Of a stretch of 64,000 bases of DNA, positions 38,636 to 48,298 are shown piece by piece. The first letter of the stretch is position 1; every line of letters starts with the position of its first letter. Under the pieces are notes generated by a model. That model was not told the DNA's origin. It did not search any database and was given only the letters and a program-made list of their open reading frames with translations. Made by a program: the position numbers and the translations under genes. This stretch comes from Candidatus Tayloriibacteriota bacterium (GTDB taxonomy: Bacteria; Patescibacteriota; Minisyncoccia; Phycocordibacterales; CAIZLB01), in NCBI GenBank assembly GCA_018883165.1, contig VEQN01000003.1, positions 9,721 through 73,720 on the forward strand, written 5' to 3'.

Positions 38636-39892
38636 TTATTTACTCAATACTTCAATAGCCTTCTGGAGCTGCAGGTCCTGACCAGCTTTTACGTTCTCAG
38701 GAGTAAGGTCAACGACATGGTCTGGTGTCAAACCACCATCTGAAATGGACTTACCATTAGGAGTGAGCCATCGAGCGATTGTTACTTTAAGCGCTGTATT
38801 GTCTGTCACCTTGATATATTCCTGTACTGACCCTTTTCCGAACGTCTTTGAGCCCACGAGAGTTGCTCTGCCATGCTCTTGGAGTGCTCCTGCGAGGATT
38901 TCTGATGCTGATGCAGATCCCCCATCAACCAAGACGACCATCTTGAGATTATCATTAAAGATATTGTATCCATGACTTCGTTCGATTACTTCTGGTTTAT
39001 TTCCACCAAAACTCTCTCGAACAATCACTTTACCGGGTGGCAAGAACCAACTAGCCATATCAACCGCAGCATCTAGGTATCCTCCTGGGTTTCCACGCAA
39101 ATCAAGAATTAATTTATTTGATTTTGAGTTCACGAAGTCACGTAGTGCATTTCGGAACAAGCCCGGGGATTGTGCTGAGAAATTATATAGTCGAATAGTG
39201 AAAATATTTGTCTGCTTATCGTAGTTTGTATCGATTGTTGGAAGAACAATAACATCTCGCGTGATCTTAATATCAAGTAAATCTTTCTGACCTTCTCTAA
39301 ACACACTAAATTCTACAATTGTCCCCTTCTTACCTCGAATCTTCTGGATAGCAGCTTCAATGGTCATACCCTCAGTAGAGTTCTGATCAATTCTTATTAT
39401 CTTGTCACCCGACTTGATTCCGGCACGCTCAGCTGGGGAGTTCTTTAATGCTGATATAACTGTTAGTGTCTTATCCTTAATGCCCATTTCAATACCAACA
39501 CCTTCGAAATTACCCTCTATCTCACTTTCAAAAACACTTGCAGCCTGTGGTGGGAAGAATGTAGTATACGGGTCACCCATAGCATCAACCATACCCTTTA
39601 TAGCCCCATATACACGGTCTGTATCACTTGGAGTGGTCGTACCATGTGTTGCAACATACTTTTCATTAACCGTATTCCATACTTTCCAAAATAGGGCGAA
39701 ATCAACCTGATTAGGTTTGTCTTTTGTACCATTTAAACTCTCTGAAATGGCTTGCATTTTACTTGCCTCAGCAGTCTGTGATTTACCAGAAATGAATCCG
39801 AATGAAAACACAGCGATTAATACAATCACCAAACCAATAGATATGAGCGTCTTGTTTTGCTCTGAATTGTGCATATAATGTAAGTATCTCAA
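38636..39892 (-). CDS. ctpA: carboxy-terminal processing protease (S41)
   Basis: N-terminal TM helix, PDZ domain, and the S41 core (GNPGGYL...VLVDGGSASASEILAGAL...GKGSVQ). Confidence 0.85.
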   Translation of the reverse strand: MRYLHYMHNSEQNKTLISIGLVIVLIAVFSFGFISGKSQTAEASKMQAISESLNGTKDKPNQVDFALFWKVWNTVNEKYVATHGTTTPSDTDRVYGAIKGMVDAMGDPYTTFFPPQAASVFESEIEGNFEGVGIEMGIKDKTLTVISALKNSPAERAGIKSGDKIIRIDQNSTEGMTIEAAIQKIRGKKGTIVEFSVFREGQKDLLDIKITRDVIVLPTIDTNYDKQTNIFTIRLYNFSAQSPGLFRNALRDFVNSKSNKLILDLRGNPGGYLDAAVDMASWFLPPGKVIVRESFGGNKPEVIERSHGYNIFNDNLKMVVLVDGGSASASEILAGALQEHGRATLVGSKTFGKGSVQEYIKVTDNTALKVTIARWLTPNGKSISDGGLTPDHVVDLTPENVKAGQDLQLQKAIEVLSK

Positions 39893-39924
39893 AGATAAAC
39901 TTTCGGGTCAACCAACAACTCTTC

Positions 39925-41349
39925 ATGCCTTCTAAAAATATATACCTCATAAATACTCTTGGCAGAAAAAAGGAACTTTTCTCCCCTATCTCAAATGGAA
40001 ACGTTGGTATATATCACTGTGGCCCTACAGTATATTGGACACAACACATTGGAAACCTACGAGCAGTAGTTCTAGCAGACACCATTAGGAGAACATTTGA
40101 GTTCGCTGGTTACAATGTTACCTTCGTTCGAAACTACACAGATGTAGGACACCTTACGGGAGACAATGATGGTGATGCGGATACTGGTGAAGATCGAATG
40201 GAAAAAGCATCTAAACGTGAACAGTTGAATCCGGATCTAATTGCACAAAAATACACACTTCAGTTTGATGCAGATATTGCAGCACTAAATACTCTCCCAT
40301 CAACAGTACGTCCCAAAGCAACAGATCATATTGACGAAATGATTGATATGGTTTCAACACTTCTTAGTGATGGCTACGCATATACCACAGATTACGCAGT
40401 GTATTTTGACGTATCGAAATTTGAAGACTACAACAAACTCTCCGGTCAGAAACTTGAAATGCAGGAGCATGGAAAGGGTCACGGTACTGCACATGATACC
40501 AACAAGAGAAACCCAAGTGATTTCGCACTTTGGATATTTAAAGCTGGAGCATACAAAGATGCTCTTCAAACATGGAAGTCCCCATTCGCCTCTCCTCTTG
40601 TAGAAGATGGTATAGGTTTTCCAGGTTGGCACATTGAATGCTCCGCAATGAGTAAGAAATATCTAGGTAACACATTTGATGTTCACATTGGAGGTGTGGA
40701 GCATATTTCCATTCATCACACCAATGAGATAGCACAATCAGTTTGTGCCAACCATGCACCCTTTGCTACATATTGGCTTCATAATGAACACCTACTAGTC
40801 GACAACAAAAAGATGTCCAAATCTGAAGGCACATCATTTACACTAGAAGATATAACAAAAAAGGGATACAACCCTCTTAGCTTACGGTACTTTTTCCTTC
40901 AAGCTCACTACAGATCGAAACAAAACTTTACCTTTGACGGACTTGAAGCTTCTGATACCGCATACAGAAGATTGAAGAATATAATTTCATCACTCCCTGA
41001 AAGTGGTACACTCATCCAGTCGTATGTGGAAGAGTTTGAGAAATACATCTATGATGATTTTAATATCCCAGGAGCTCTTGGAGTACTGTGGGAACTCACA
41101 AAAGATGAACAAGTTTCAAAGGCAGACATGAGGAAAACTGCATTACATTTTGACACTGTACTCGGTCTCTCACTTGAAAAGACAGAGATGGTTACTATTC
41201 CAGATGATATTAAGGCACTACTCGAGGAACGAAAGACTGCGCGTATGAACAAGGACTGGGTTACATCTGACAAAATACGAGATATACTATTAGAGAAAGG
41301 ATACACAGTTCTCGATTCAGGTACTGAACAAACTGTTTTAAAAAAATAA
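39925..41349 (+). CDS. cysS: cysteine--tRNA ligase
   Basis: HCGPTVY...HIGN and KMSKSEG motifs. Confidence 0.9.
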   Translation: MPSKNIYLINTLGRKKELFSPISNGNVGIYHCGPTVYWTQHIGNLRAVVLADTIRRTFEFAGYNVTFVRNYTDVGHLTGDNDGDADTGEDRMEKASKREQLNPDLIAQKYTLQFDADIAALNTLPSTVRPKATDHIDEMIDMVSTLLSDGYAYTTDYAVYFDVSKFEDYNKLSGQKLEMQEHGKGHGTAHDTNKRNPSDFALWIFKAGAYKDALQTWKSPFASPLVEDGIGFPGWHIECSAMSKKYLGNTFDVHIGGVEHISIHHTNEIAQSVCANHAPFATYWLHNEHLLVDNKKMSKSEGTSFTLEDITKKGYNPLSLRYFFLQAHYRSKQNFTFDGLEASDTAYRRLKNIISSLPESGTLIQSYVEEFEKYIYDDFNIPGALGVLWELTKDEQVSKADMRKTALHFDTVLGLSLEKTEMVTIPDDIKALLEERKTARMNKDWVTSDKIRDILLEKGYTVLDSGTEQTVLKK

Positions 41350-41352
41350 CAC

Positions 41353-41916
41353 ATGGAACTTTTATTTCTCTCATTGGAACTTGTAAGTGTAGCAGTAGGT
41401 GCCGGTAGTGCATTCATTTTTGACACATTCTTTACACTTTCACTTAAAGATCACAAAATACAACCGCACGAAGAGCGTATGCTCTCAAGGATTAGTCTTT
41501 TTTCAATAATAAGTGCAAGTCTCGGTCTCCTTGTGTACACATTCATACTCGCATTGCAACTCGAGTCTGGAATGATTGGTGCGCTCGATATTGCATTCGC
41601 AAAAATATTCCTCTTTGCAATCGCACTTCTCACAGCACTTACGCTACGGAAGATTCACCTCAAAACACTCCTTCGATATCAAAAAACACATTTTCATCTT
41701 TCACTCACGTTTGGAAAGCATGATGATTCAATCGTAAGTACTGCTGTTTTCTCAACACTCTCATGGATATTCCTCATAACCCTTACCGCTCTCGAACAGT
41801 ACAAAATTGCCGAGGATATCTCAGTCTCAATCTTTGGTGTCACACTTGCATATATATTAATTGGCCTTGTAGGCAGCAGAATTGCCTTGTATTTCAAAAA
41901 TACCCATTTGTCATAA
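41353..41916 (+). CDS. hypothetical membrane protein
   Basis: 187 aa with 5-6 TM helices. Confidence 0.45.
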   Translation: MELLFLSLELVSVAVGAGSAFIFDTFFTLSLKDHKIQPHEERMLSRISLFSIISASLGLLVYTFILALQLESGMIGALDIAFAKIFLFAIALLTALTLRKIHLKTLLRYQKTHFHLSLTFGKHDDSIVSTAVFSTLSWIFLITLTALEQYKIAEDISVSIFGVTLAYILIGLVGSRIALYFKNTHLS

Positions 41917-42011
41917 GGATATTTCATATCCCCAGGATATACACACGTTATTCATATTTTTTACCTTTTTGTCACCTGTAATCCTTCAGATATCTGGGGT
42001 ACAATACAGGT

Positions 42012-43406
42012 ATGTCATCAGGCGTTGCGTCACCATACATAAAAAAAGATTTACGTGTACCACCACACAGTTTAGACGCTGAGCAAGCTGTTCTAGGTTC
42101 AATCATGCTTCGAAAAGATAGTTTGTATGATATCAACGACATCATTACTCCTGATTCCTTCTACAGTGACAGACACAAGCTCATATATAACACCATGATT
42201 GAGCTTGCTACAAAAAATGATCCAATAGATATCCTTTCCCTCAAAACAAAACTTGATGAAAAAAATTTAATTGAACAAGCAGGTGGTGCCGCATATCTTG
42301 CCGAACTTGTACACGTAGTTCCTTCAGCATCAAACGTCGTACACTACGCTGAAATAGTTCAGAAAAAATACATGATGCGAAGACTCATCAGTGCATCAGA
42401 GAAACTCTCTGATTTAGGGTTCAATGAGTCTGGAGATTTAGAACAAATTCTCGATCAAGCTGAACAGCATGTTTTTGAACTTGCAAACAAAGGCACATCA
42501 AGAAAATTCGTACAGATGAAAGATGCCCTCAACGAGACATGGGATGTCATCGACAAGCTACACAATGCCGGTGATTCAATTCGTGGTGTACCAACTGGAT
42601 TCCGTGATCTTGATGCAAAACTCTCAGGTCTACAAAAGTCTGACCTCATCATCCTAGCAGCACGACCATCCGTGGGTAAAACATCATTCGCTCTTGACCT
42701 TGCACGAAACGCAGCACTTAAACACAATGTACCAGTTGCCATATTCTCTCTTGAAATGAGTGCACAGCAACTCACAAGTAGAATGTTGTCTGCGACAGCA
42801 TTCGTGGACTCATGGAAAATTCGAACCGCAAGGCTTCAAGATGAAGATTTTGCAAAGCTTCGAGACGGTATCGACAAGTTGAGCCAAGCACCGATATTCA
42901 TTGATGATGTTCCTGGAAACAACATCATTAAGATGCGAAGTACGGCAAGACGACTTAAATCTGAGAAAGGACTTGGACTCATCATCGTTGACTATCTCCA
43001 ACTCATGATGCCTACACAATCACGAAACAGTGACAACGTAGTACAACAAGTTACTGAAATTTCACGATCTCTCAAAAATCTTGCTCGAGAAATGGATGTA
43101 CCAGTACTTGCCCTCTCACAGCTTTCACGAGCAGTTGAAGCCCGAGGTGGAAAGCCGAGACTTTCAGACCTACGAGACTCTGGATCAATTGAACAGGATG
43201 CAGATGTCGTAATGTTCATCCATAGAGAGGACAGATACAAAGAACATGATCAACGAGATGGTATCGCTGAAATCCTCATTGAAAAGCACAGAAACGGTCC
43301 AACAGGTGTTGTACAGCTCAAGTTCGTTCCTGAGCGAACCACCTTCCTTGATATGGAAAAGAGTGACTTTGGCGGTGAATTTGGTGGTAATGACAACGGA
43401 TTCTAA
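42012..43406 (+). CDS. dnaB: replicative DNA helicase DnaB
   Basis: N-terminal DnaB domain (LDAEQAVLGSIM), Walker A (ARPSVGKTSFAL) and Walker B (LIIVDYLQLM). Confidence 0.9.
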   Translation: MSSGVASPYIKKDLRVPPHSLDAEQAVLGSIMLRKDSLYDINDIITPDSFYSDRHKLIYNTMIELATKNDPIDILSLKTKLDEKNLIEQAGGAAYLAELVHVVPSASNVVHYAEIVQKKYMMRRLISASEKLSDLGFNESGDLEQILDQAEQHVFELANKGTSRKFVQMKDALNETWDVIDKLHNAGDSIRGVPTGFRDLDAKLSGLQKSDLIILAARPSVGKTSFALDLARNAALKHNVPVAIFSLEMSAQQLTSRMLSATAFVDSWKIRTARLQDEDFAKLRDGIDKLSQAPIFIDDVPGNNIIKMRSTARRLKSEKGLGLIIVDYLQLMMPTQSRNSDNVVQQVTEISRSLKNLAREMDVPVLALSQLSRAVEARGGKPRLSDLRDSGSIEQDADVVMFIHREDRYKEHDQRDGIAEILIEKHRNGPTGVVQLKFVPERTTFLDMEKSDFGGEFGGNDNGF

Positions 43407-43408
43407 CA

Positions 43409-44026
43409 ATGGATACATCAGACAAACTAGAAGAAATATTTAGAAACTTTCCAGGTATTGGTCCAAGACAAGCGAAACGTTTTGTATATCACTTACTGAC
43501 AAAAAGCCAGAATGAGCTTTCTGAGTTTTCTACCTTGCTTACCCAACTCAAATCAACTGTATTCATATGTCCTTCTTGCTTTAGGTTTCATACACAAAAG
43601 TATGCACTGGATCAAAGTGGCCTCTGTTCAATTTGTAGAGACCAAAACAGAAACCACAGACAACTGATGATTGTTGCTCGAGACATTGATGTTGGCGCAC
43701 TAGAGAAAAGCCGTGCTTACAGCGGTAGATACTTTGTTCTTGGTGGAACTGTACCAATTCTCGACAATGATCCAGCCTCAAAGATTCGACAGAAGGAATT
43801 ACTACAACTACTCACTGATAAAGAGTTTGATGAAATCATCATCGCAACAAGTATAAACCCGGAGAGTGAACATACTGCAACATATATCCTTTCCCTTCTA
43901 AAGAAGCACTACGAAAACTCCAAACTACCAAAGGTGACCACGCCTGGAAGAGGGCTTTCCACTGGAACTGAACTTGAATATTCTGACGCAGATACACTCC
44001 GGAGTGCGCTTGAGAATCGAAGATAG
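43409..44026 (+). CDS. recR: recombination protein RecR
   Basis: HhH (FPGIGPRQAKR), C4 zinc finger (CPSC...CSIC) and Toprim domain. Confidence 0.9.
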   Translation: MDTSDKLEEIFRNFPGIGPRQAKRFVYHLLTKSQNELSEFSTLLTQLKSTVFICPSCFRFHTQKYALDQSGLCSICRDQNRNHRQLMIVARDIDVGALEKSRAYSGRYFVLGGTVPILDNDPASKIRQKELLQLLTDKEFDEIIIATSINPESEHTATYILSLLKKHYENSKLPKVTTPGRGLSTGTELEYSDADTLRSALENRR

Positions 44027-44188
44027 GTATTTGACTGATATTAATATTAGTTGTATTGTTTTTTTGGACCAAGGCAACGACTCAGCTTCGGACTCCCCTG
44101 TACTACAAGGTGCGGGAAGTCCAAAGGGGCTTTTCGTGCTGAGCAAAGGCTCTTTTACAGGTAGCATTCGAGTCACCCCTACACAACA

Positions 44189-44941
44189 GTGAACGCAACA
44201 GATACGCCAGTCACAGGCTCACGTGACAACTACAGCCTCACCATGAGGATCCATGGGATGTATTGGAAAAACTGGTGGAGACCACGCCAGGATACAGCAT
44301 ATCTCGATAATCTGACTCATAAGTACCTACCGAACATCAAAAACGGATACCAAGCTAGTCTTGCGTATCATAACAACGAGGGGTACATGGGTGGCAGTGT
44401 AATCTTCCTTGTACTGACACTTCTTGTGTCAGCGTACATTGGATGGATTTGCTCCGAAGAGTCGATCCTGGTACTACCCAAAGAGCACACACTGCTCTTT
44501 GCAGCGTTTGTGCTCCTACTGGCTGGGTTCCTGTTTTTCACTGAGAAATTCTTCAACACCAGAGTGTCCAACTTCACCAAAGAAGTGGCGCTCAGGTGGA
44601 GAACCTTTTTCAACGAGACACTGGAACCTTCCGGCATGATTACACATCTGCTCAACTGGACATCCAAGCTTACTGACTCTGAATACACTGTGGTTGACGA
44701 GAGCTGTACGAACAGTATTCCGCATCACATTGCAGCCACCCTCAGGAAGCTTGCATACGACAGAGCTGTCGACGTCATGAGAGAAGTACAGAAGGTAGAA
44801 AAGAGTAATGATCAGGTTGAACGGAGGAAGCATGACCGTATCCTCTTACCTTTGATATCTTACATCATGATGTCTGAGAATGTCACGTACGAAGATCTAC
44901 GCGCTCAAATCTACAGAGACGCGAAGGTGCGAGCATCGTGA
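44189..44941 (+). CDS. hypothetical membrane protein in a visibly GC-richer segment
   Basis: 250 aa with two TM helices. GC-rich codons (CTG, GCC, CGC) are unlike neighbouring genes. Confidence 0.45.
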   Translation: MNATDTPVTGSRDNYSLTMRIHGMYWKNWWRPRQDTAYLDNLTHKYLPNIKNGYQASLAYHNNEGYMGGSVIFLVLTLLVSAYIGWICSEESILVLPKEHTLLFAAFVLLLAGFLFFTEKFFNTRVSNFTKEVALRWRTFFNETLEPSGMITHLLNWTSKLTDSEYTVVDESCTNSIPHHIAATLRKLAYDRAVDVMREVQKVEKSNDQVERRKHDRILLPLISYIMMSENVTYEDLRAQIYRDAKVRAS

Positions 44942-44945
44942 CACA

Positions 44946-44980
44946 AACCCCGCCTCGGCGATTGCCAGGGCGGGGTTTTG
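44946..44980. terminator. rho-independent terminator
   Basis: CCCCGCCtcggcgattgccaGGGCGGGG followed by TTTT. Confidence 0.55.
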
Positions 44981-45007
44981 TACTATTCAAAGGAGTGTTG
45001 CAAATAC

Positions 45008-45382
45008 TTACGCGAGAGTTGTAATCTTAACTTTAAAGAAAGACTGTCGATGACCATTCTTCTTAAAACCTGATCGGTTCTTCTGAATGTATCGAGCTGC
45101 AATTACTTTTGCACTTCTTCCAATTTCAACGATTTCTCCTGAAACTTTTGCTCCTGAAACTGTTGGTGTACCAACTTTTGTCTCTGAACCAGAGTCTGTG
45201 AGGAGAACTTCCTTGAAGTCCACCTTATCACCTACTTTGTATTCACCTGGTAATATTTCAATTTTAATTGAGTCTCCTTCTGAAACTCGGTACTGCTTAC
45301 CACCTGTTTTGATTACAGCAAAAGCGCCTGAAGCAGCCTTTTTTGTAGCAGTTTTAGCTTTAGTTTTTGTAATATTTGCCAT
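45008..45382 (-). CDS. rplU: 50S ribosomal protein L21 (with K/A-rich N-terminal extension)
   Basis: FAVIKTGGKQYRVSEGD matches L21. Confidence 0.85.
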   Translation of the reverse strand: MANITKTKAKTATKKAASGAFAVIKTGGKQYRVSEGDSIKIEILPGEYKVGDKVDFKEVLLTDSGSETKVGTPTVSGAKVSGEIVEIGRSAKVIAARYIQKNRSGFKKNGHRQSFFKVKITTLA

Positions 45383-45439
45383 AGACCACGAGTATACCAG
45401 AAAGAAAAAATATGTGCAATATGGCCACGGTTTAGGAAT

Positions 45440-46282
45440 CTACCTCAACATGAGGGTACCTAAGTATCCATTTGCTGCCTGCATTATTGACCGGTATGAC
45501 TTGTTTTGCTTCTTATCCCCTGTGAAAGAGATCCTATATTTGATACCGTTGTTATATACCTCGTAGATTATGGTAAATGTTTGATTACTCAACTTATCCT
45601 CCAAAAGAAGTGACCTGTTAGCTTCATCAGTATCCAAGAGCTCACCTCGCTTTCGAATATCTTCAAACATATACCAGTAGTACTGATATCCATTGATTCG
45701 CGTAAGTCCCTTTTCAATCAAATTAAAGCCCTGTTTCTCCCAGTTAGTATCTTTCAAGAATCTCCCTCCGTCATGATATTTTGGAAACTTCTCTTTGTAG
45801 TATTCAACACATTCAGGAGCATTAAACTTTCCTGCCCAAAGACTTATAACCAAACGAGTCTCAGGCGTAGTTCCTCCTCCAAAGAGGATTCCAGTAGGTA
45901 CAGATTTAGATCCATATGGTTTTGTCTTATCGAACTCCCCAGAAAGATTCCAACTAAATTTGAAGAAATCACTCGTAAGACTTGCTTTCTTTTCCTTAAG
46001 ATTGAATATACTGGTCACATCTTTATCGAGGAGTGGGTATCCACCTGCATTACATGTTTTTTCAAGTTCAAAGTTAAATGCATCATTGGGGTTATATACT
46101 TTATCAGGGTCAACTTGTCCTTTTGTTTCCGGGATATAGTTTTGACCAGTAAGTGGTCCTTTGTTTCCGAGAGTGAGCTTATCAATCGGACTTCGAATTT
46201 TTCCTAAACTGATGTATACTAAAGGCAAGACCACAAGTGCTACCACAAAGACAATTATGAGTACAACGAGTGCATGCTTCAT
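45440..46282 (-). CDS. hypothetical membrane-anchored extracytoplasmic protein
   Basis: N-terminal TM anchor. 280 aa. No motif recognised. Confidence 0.5.
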   Translation of the reverse strand: MKHALVVLIIVFVVALVVLPLVYISLGKIRSPIDKLTLGNKGPLTGQNYIPETKGQVDPDKVYNPNDAFNFELEKTCNAGGYPLLDKDVTSIFNLKEKKASLTSDFFKFSWNLSGEFDKTKPYGSKSVPTGILFGGGTTPETRLVISLWAGKFNAPECVEYYKEKFPKYHDGGRFLKDTNWEKQGFNLIEKGLTRINGYQYYWYMFEDIRKRGELLDTDEANRSLLLEDKLSNQTFTIIYEVYNNGIKYRISFTGDKKQNKSYRSIMQAANGYLGTLMLR

Positions 46283-46291
46283 ATGTATATA

Positions 46292-47401
46292 TTATATCTC
46301 TTCTTGTAATGGTTTTTCAATGACTAATGGCTCAACCGGTGTTCCCTCAACCCCTCCCGTTATTTTCATAACATCCTTATCAATCTTCTTAAGCTCATTG
46401 TGTGCTTTGTTGTAGTGATTTACTGTTGTAGACAAACTCTTACCTACTGAATTCATGTATTCATCATATGCTCGAATGTGCTCACCAAGTTTCTGTACAT
46501 TCTTTCGAATTTCTTTTGCTGATTCTTCAATTTGAAGAGCTTTCAAGCCTTGGAGCACTGTTTGAAGATATGCAAGGAATGATGTTGGGGACACGATAAT
46601 TACATGCTTTTCTTTAAATGCATATTCAATCAAATCTCTTGTATTAATTTTCACTGATCCAACCTGTGCAACGAGAAGATCATAGTAGATGGCTTCATGT
46701 GGAATGAACATGAATGCAAATTCCATAGTGTTCTCATCAGGCTTAATATATTTAGATGTCTCATCAATACGATTCTTCAAGTCATTCTTGAATGCTTTTT
46801 CCAATCGTTCTTTCTCTTGCGGATCACGTTCTTCAACCAATCTGTTGTAGTTCTCCAAACTAAACTTTGAATCAATCGGAATTACTTTGTCTTTTACAAA
46901 CACTGCCGCATCAACAATGGTTCCATCCTTGAATGGATATTGCATTTGAAAACCTCCAGTTGGAAGTACATTCTTGAGGAGAGTTTCAAGATAATATTCA
47001 CCAAGTATTCCTCGTTGTTTTGGATTCTTAAGAATATCTTGAAGTGATTGAAGCTGATCTGCAAATGAAACCACCTGTTTGTTAGTCTCATCAAGTTTTG
47101 TGAGTCGTTCAGTAACATCTTTAAGTAGCTTGAATGATTCACCAGTCTGATGTCTTACTGTTTCTTGCATTTCTTTGTGTGATTCACCAAGCTTTCCATC
47201 AACCAACTTACTCATATCCAATATCTTTGAATCAACAGTTCTCCCAAGTTCGTTGATTTGCTGGAGCAAAAGCTGCAACCCAGCATTGTCTTCTACTTTT
47301 TCAGGTTTGGCTCCTTTGCTTCGAAGGTAAATGATGGCCAAAAAGAGTATGTTGATAGCGATCAATATTAACGCTACAATGAGTATCATTGAATTATTCA
47401 T
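46292..47401 (-). CDS. rmuC: DNA recombination protein RmuC
   Basis: N-terminal TM helix, coiled coil, and a conserved RmuC C-terminal region (RGILGEYYLETLL...IPIDSKF...EFAFMFIPHEA). Confidence 0.8.
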   Translation of the reverse strand: MNNSMILIVALILIAINILFLAIIYLRSKGAKPEKVEDNAGLQLLLQQINELGRTVDSKILDMSKLVDGKLGESHKEMQETVRHQTGESFKLLKDVTERLTKLDETNKQVVSFADQLQSLQDILKNPKQRGILGEYYLETLLKNVLPTGGFQMQYPFKDGTIVDAAVFVKDKVIPIDSKFSLENYNRLVEERDPQEKERLEKAFKNDLKNRIDETSKYIKPDENTMEFAFMFIPHEAIYYDLLVAQVGSVKINTRDLIEYAFKEKHVIIVSPTSFLAYLQTVLQGLKALQIEESAKEIRKNVQKLGEHIRAYDEYMNSVGKSLSTTVNHYNKAHNELKKIDKDVMKITGGVEGTPVEPLVIEKPLQEEI

Positions 47402-47418
47402 AACAAAATTAGTATACC

Positions 47419-47871
47419 ATGACACTCCAGGAAACAATTAAAGGTAGTCTTAAAGAAGCCATGATGGCAAAGGATACTGTTCGAATGACAGTTATTCGTG
47501 GTCTCATGAGTGCATTCACCAATGAACTCGTAGCTATCGGACGAACTCCACAAGATTCACTTACAGACGATGAAGTACTTACTGTAATTCGAAGAGGTGT
47601 AAAGCAGCGAAAGGATGCCATTGAGCAATTTACAACCGGTGGACGACCAGATCTTGCAGAGAGTGAAGCTGCCGAGCTTAAGATTCTTGAAGTATATCTC
47701 CCACAAATGATGTCTCGAGAAGAAATTAAAACTTTTGCTGAAGCAAAGAAGGCTGAGCTTGGTGTAACTGACAAAACCAAGGTTGGTATACTCATGAGTG
47801 CACTCATGAAAGACCTCAAAGGTAAAGCTGACGGATCTGATGTAAAAGCAGTAGTTGAATCACTGTTTTAA
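47419..47871 (+). CDS. yqeY: GatB/YqeY domain protein
   Basis: YqeY-type helical domain (LKEAMMAKD...RRGVKQRKDAIEQF). Confidence 0.8.
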   Translation: MTLQETIKGSLKEAMMAKDTVRMTVIRGLMSAFTNELVAIGRTPQDSLTDDEVLTVIRRGVKQRKDAIEQFTTGGRPDLAESEAAELKILEVYLPQMMSREEIKTFAEAKKAELGVTDKTKVGILMSALMKDLKGKADGSDVKAVVESLF

Positions 47872-47995
47872 ATCCCACCCCAAACAATATTTGACAAAAC
47901 GTGTTTAAATATGTCATAATATTTCATTGAACTAATTCCCTCATTCCGAGGGTTTTCGTTTAATATCAGATCCTCGACAACACCCATAACACCTC

Positions 47996-48271
47996 ATGAA
48001 ACGTATCCTTATCGTCTTCACCCTCACCTTAGGGCTAGCTAGCTTTTTTTACTGGCAAGCTCCTTCCAAGCAGGATGGCAAGAAATCTCGAACCTACGAA
48101 GTGACTCGTGTCACATCAGACAGTTCGGAGCCAAATCTTGTCATCGGTAATGTGACGGTCACCATCGATCCGAGCAATGAGCCGGCCAGTCCACCAGAGA
48201 GCGATCCTCTCTGGCAACAAGCAAGAGCTGACGCTTTGAAACAGCAGCAGCAAAACAAGAAAGCAGAATAA
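47996..48271 (+). CDS. hypothetical small secreted protein (GC-rich segment)
   Basis: Signal peptide MKRILIVFTLTLGLASF. 91 aa. Confidence 0.4.
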   Translation: MKRILIVFTLTLGLASFFYWQAPSKQDGKKSRTYEVTRVTSDSSEPNLVIGNVTVTIDPSNEPASPPESDPLWQQARADALKQQQQNKKAE

Positions 48272-48298
48272 CAACCCACACCCACCCGACACACTCAG

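Noticed and set aside
44040-44190. RNase P-like motif GGGAAGUCC...GUGCUGAG upstream of the GC-rich ORF
   Set aside because: It is only a short local resemblance to type B P4/P5. The AAGTCC is itself paired in a local hairpin, no 3' P4 partner (CCCGGC) follows, and the downstream sequence forms a plausible 250-aa membrane-protein ORF.
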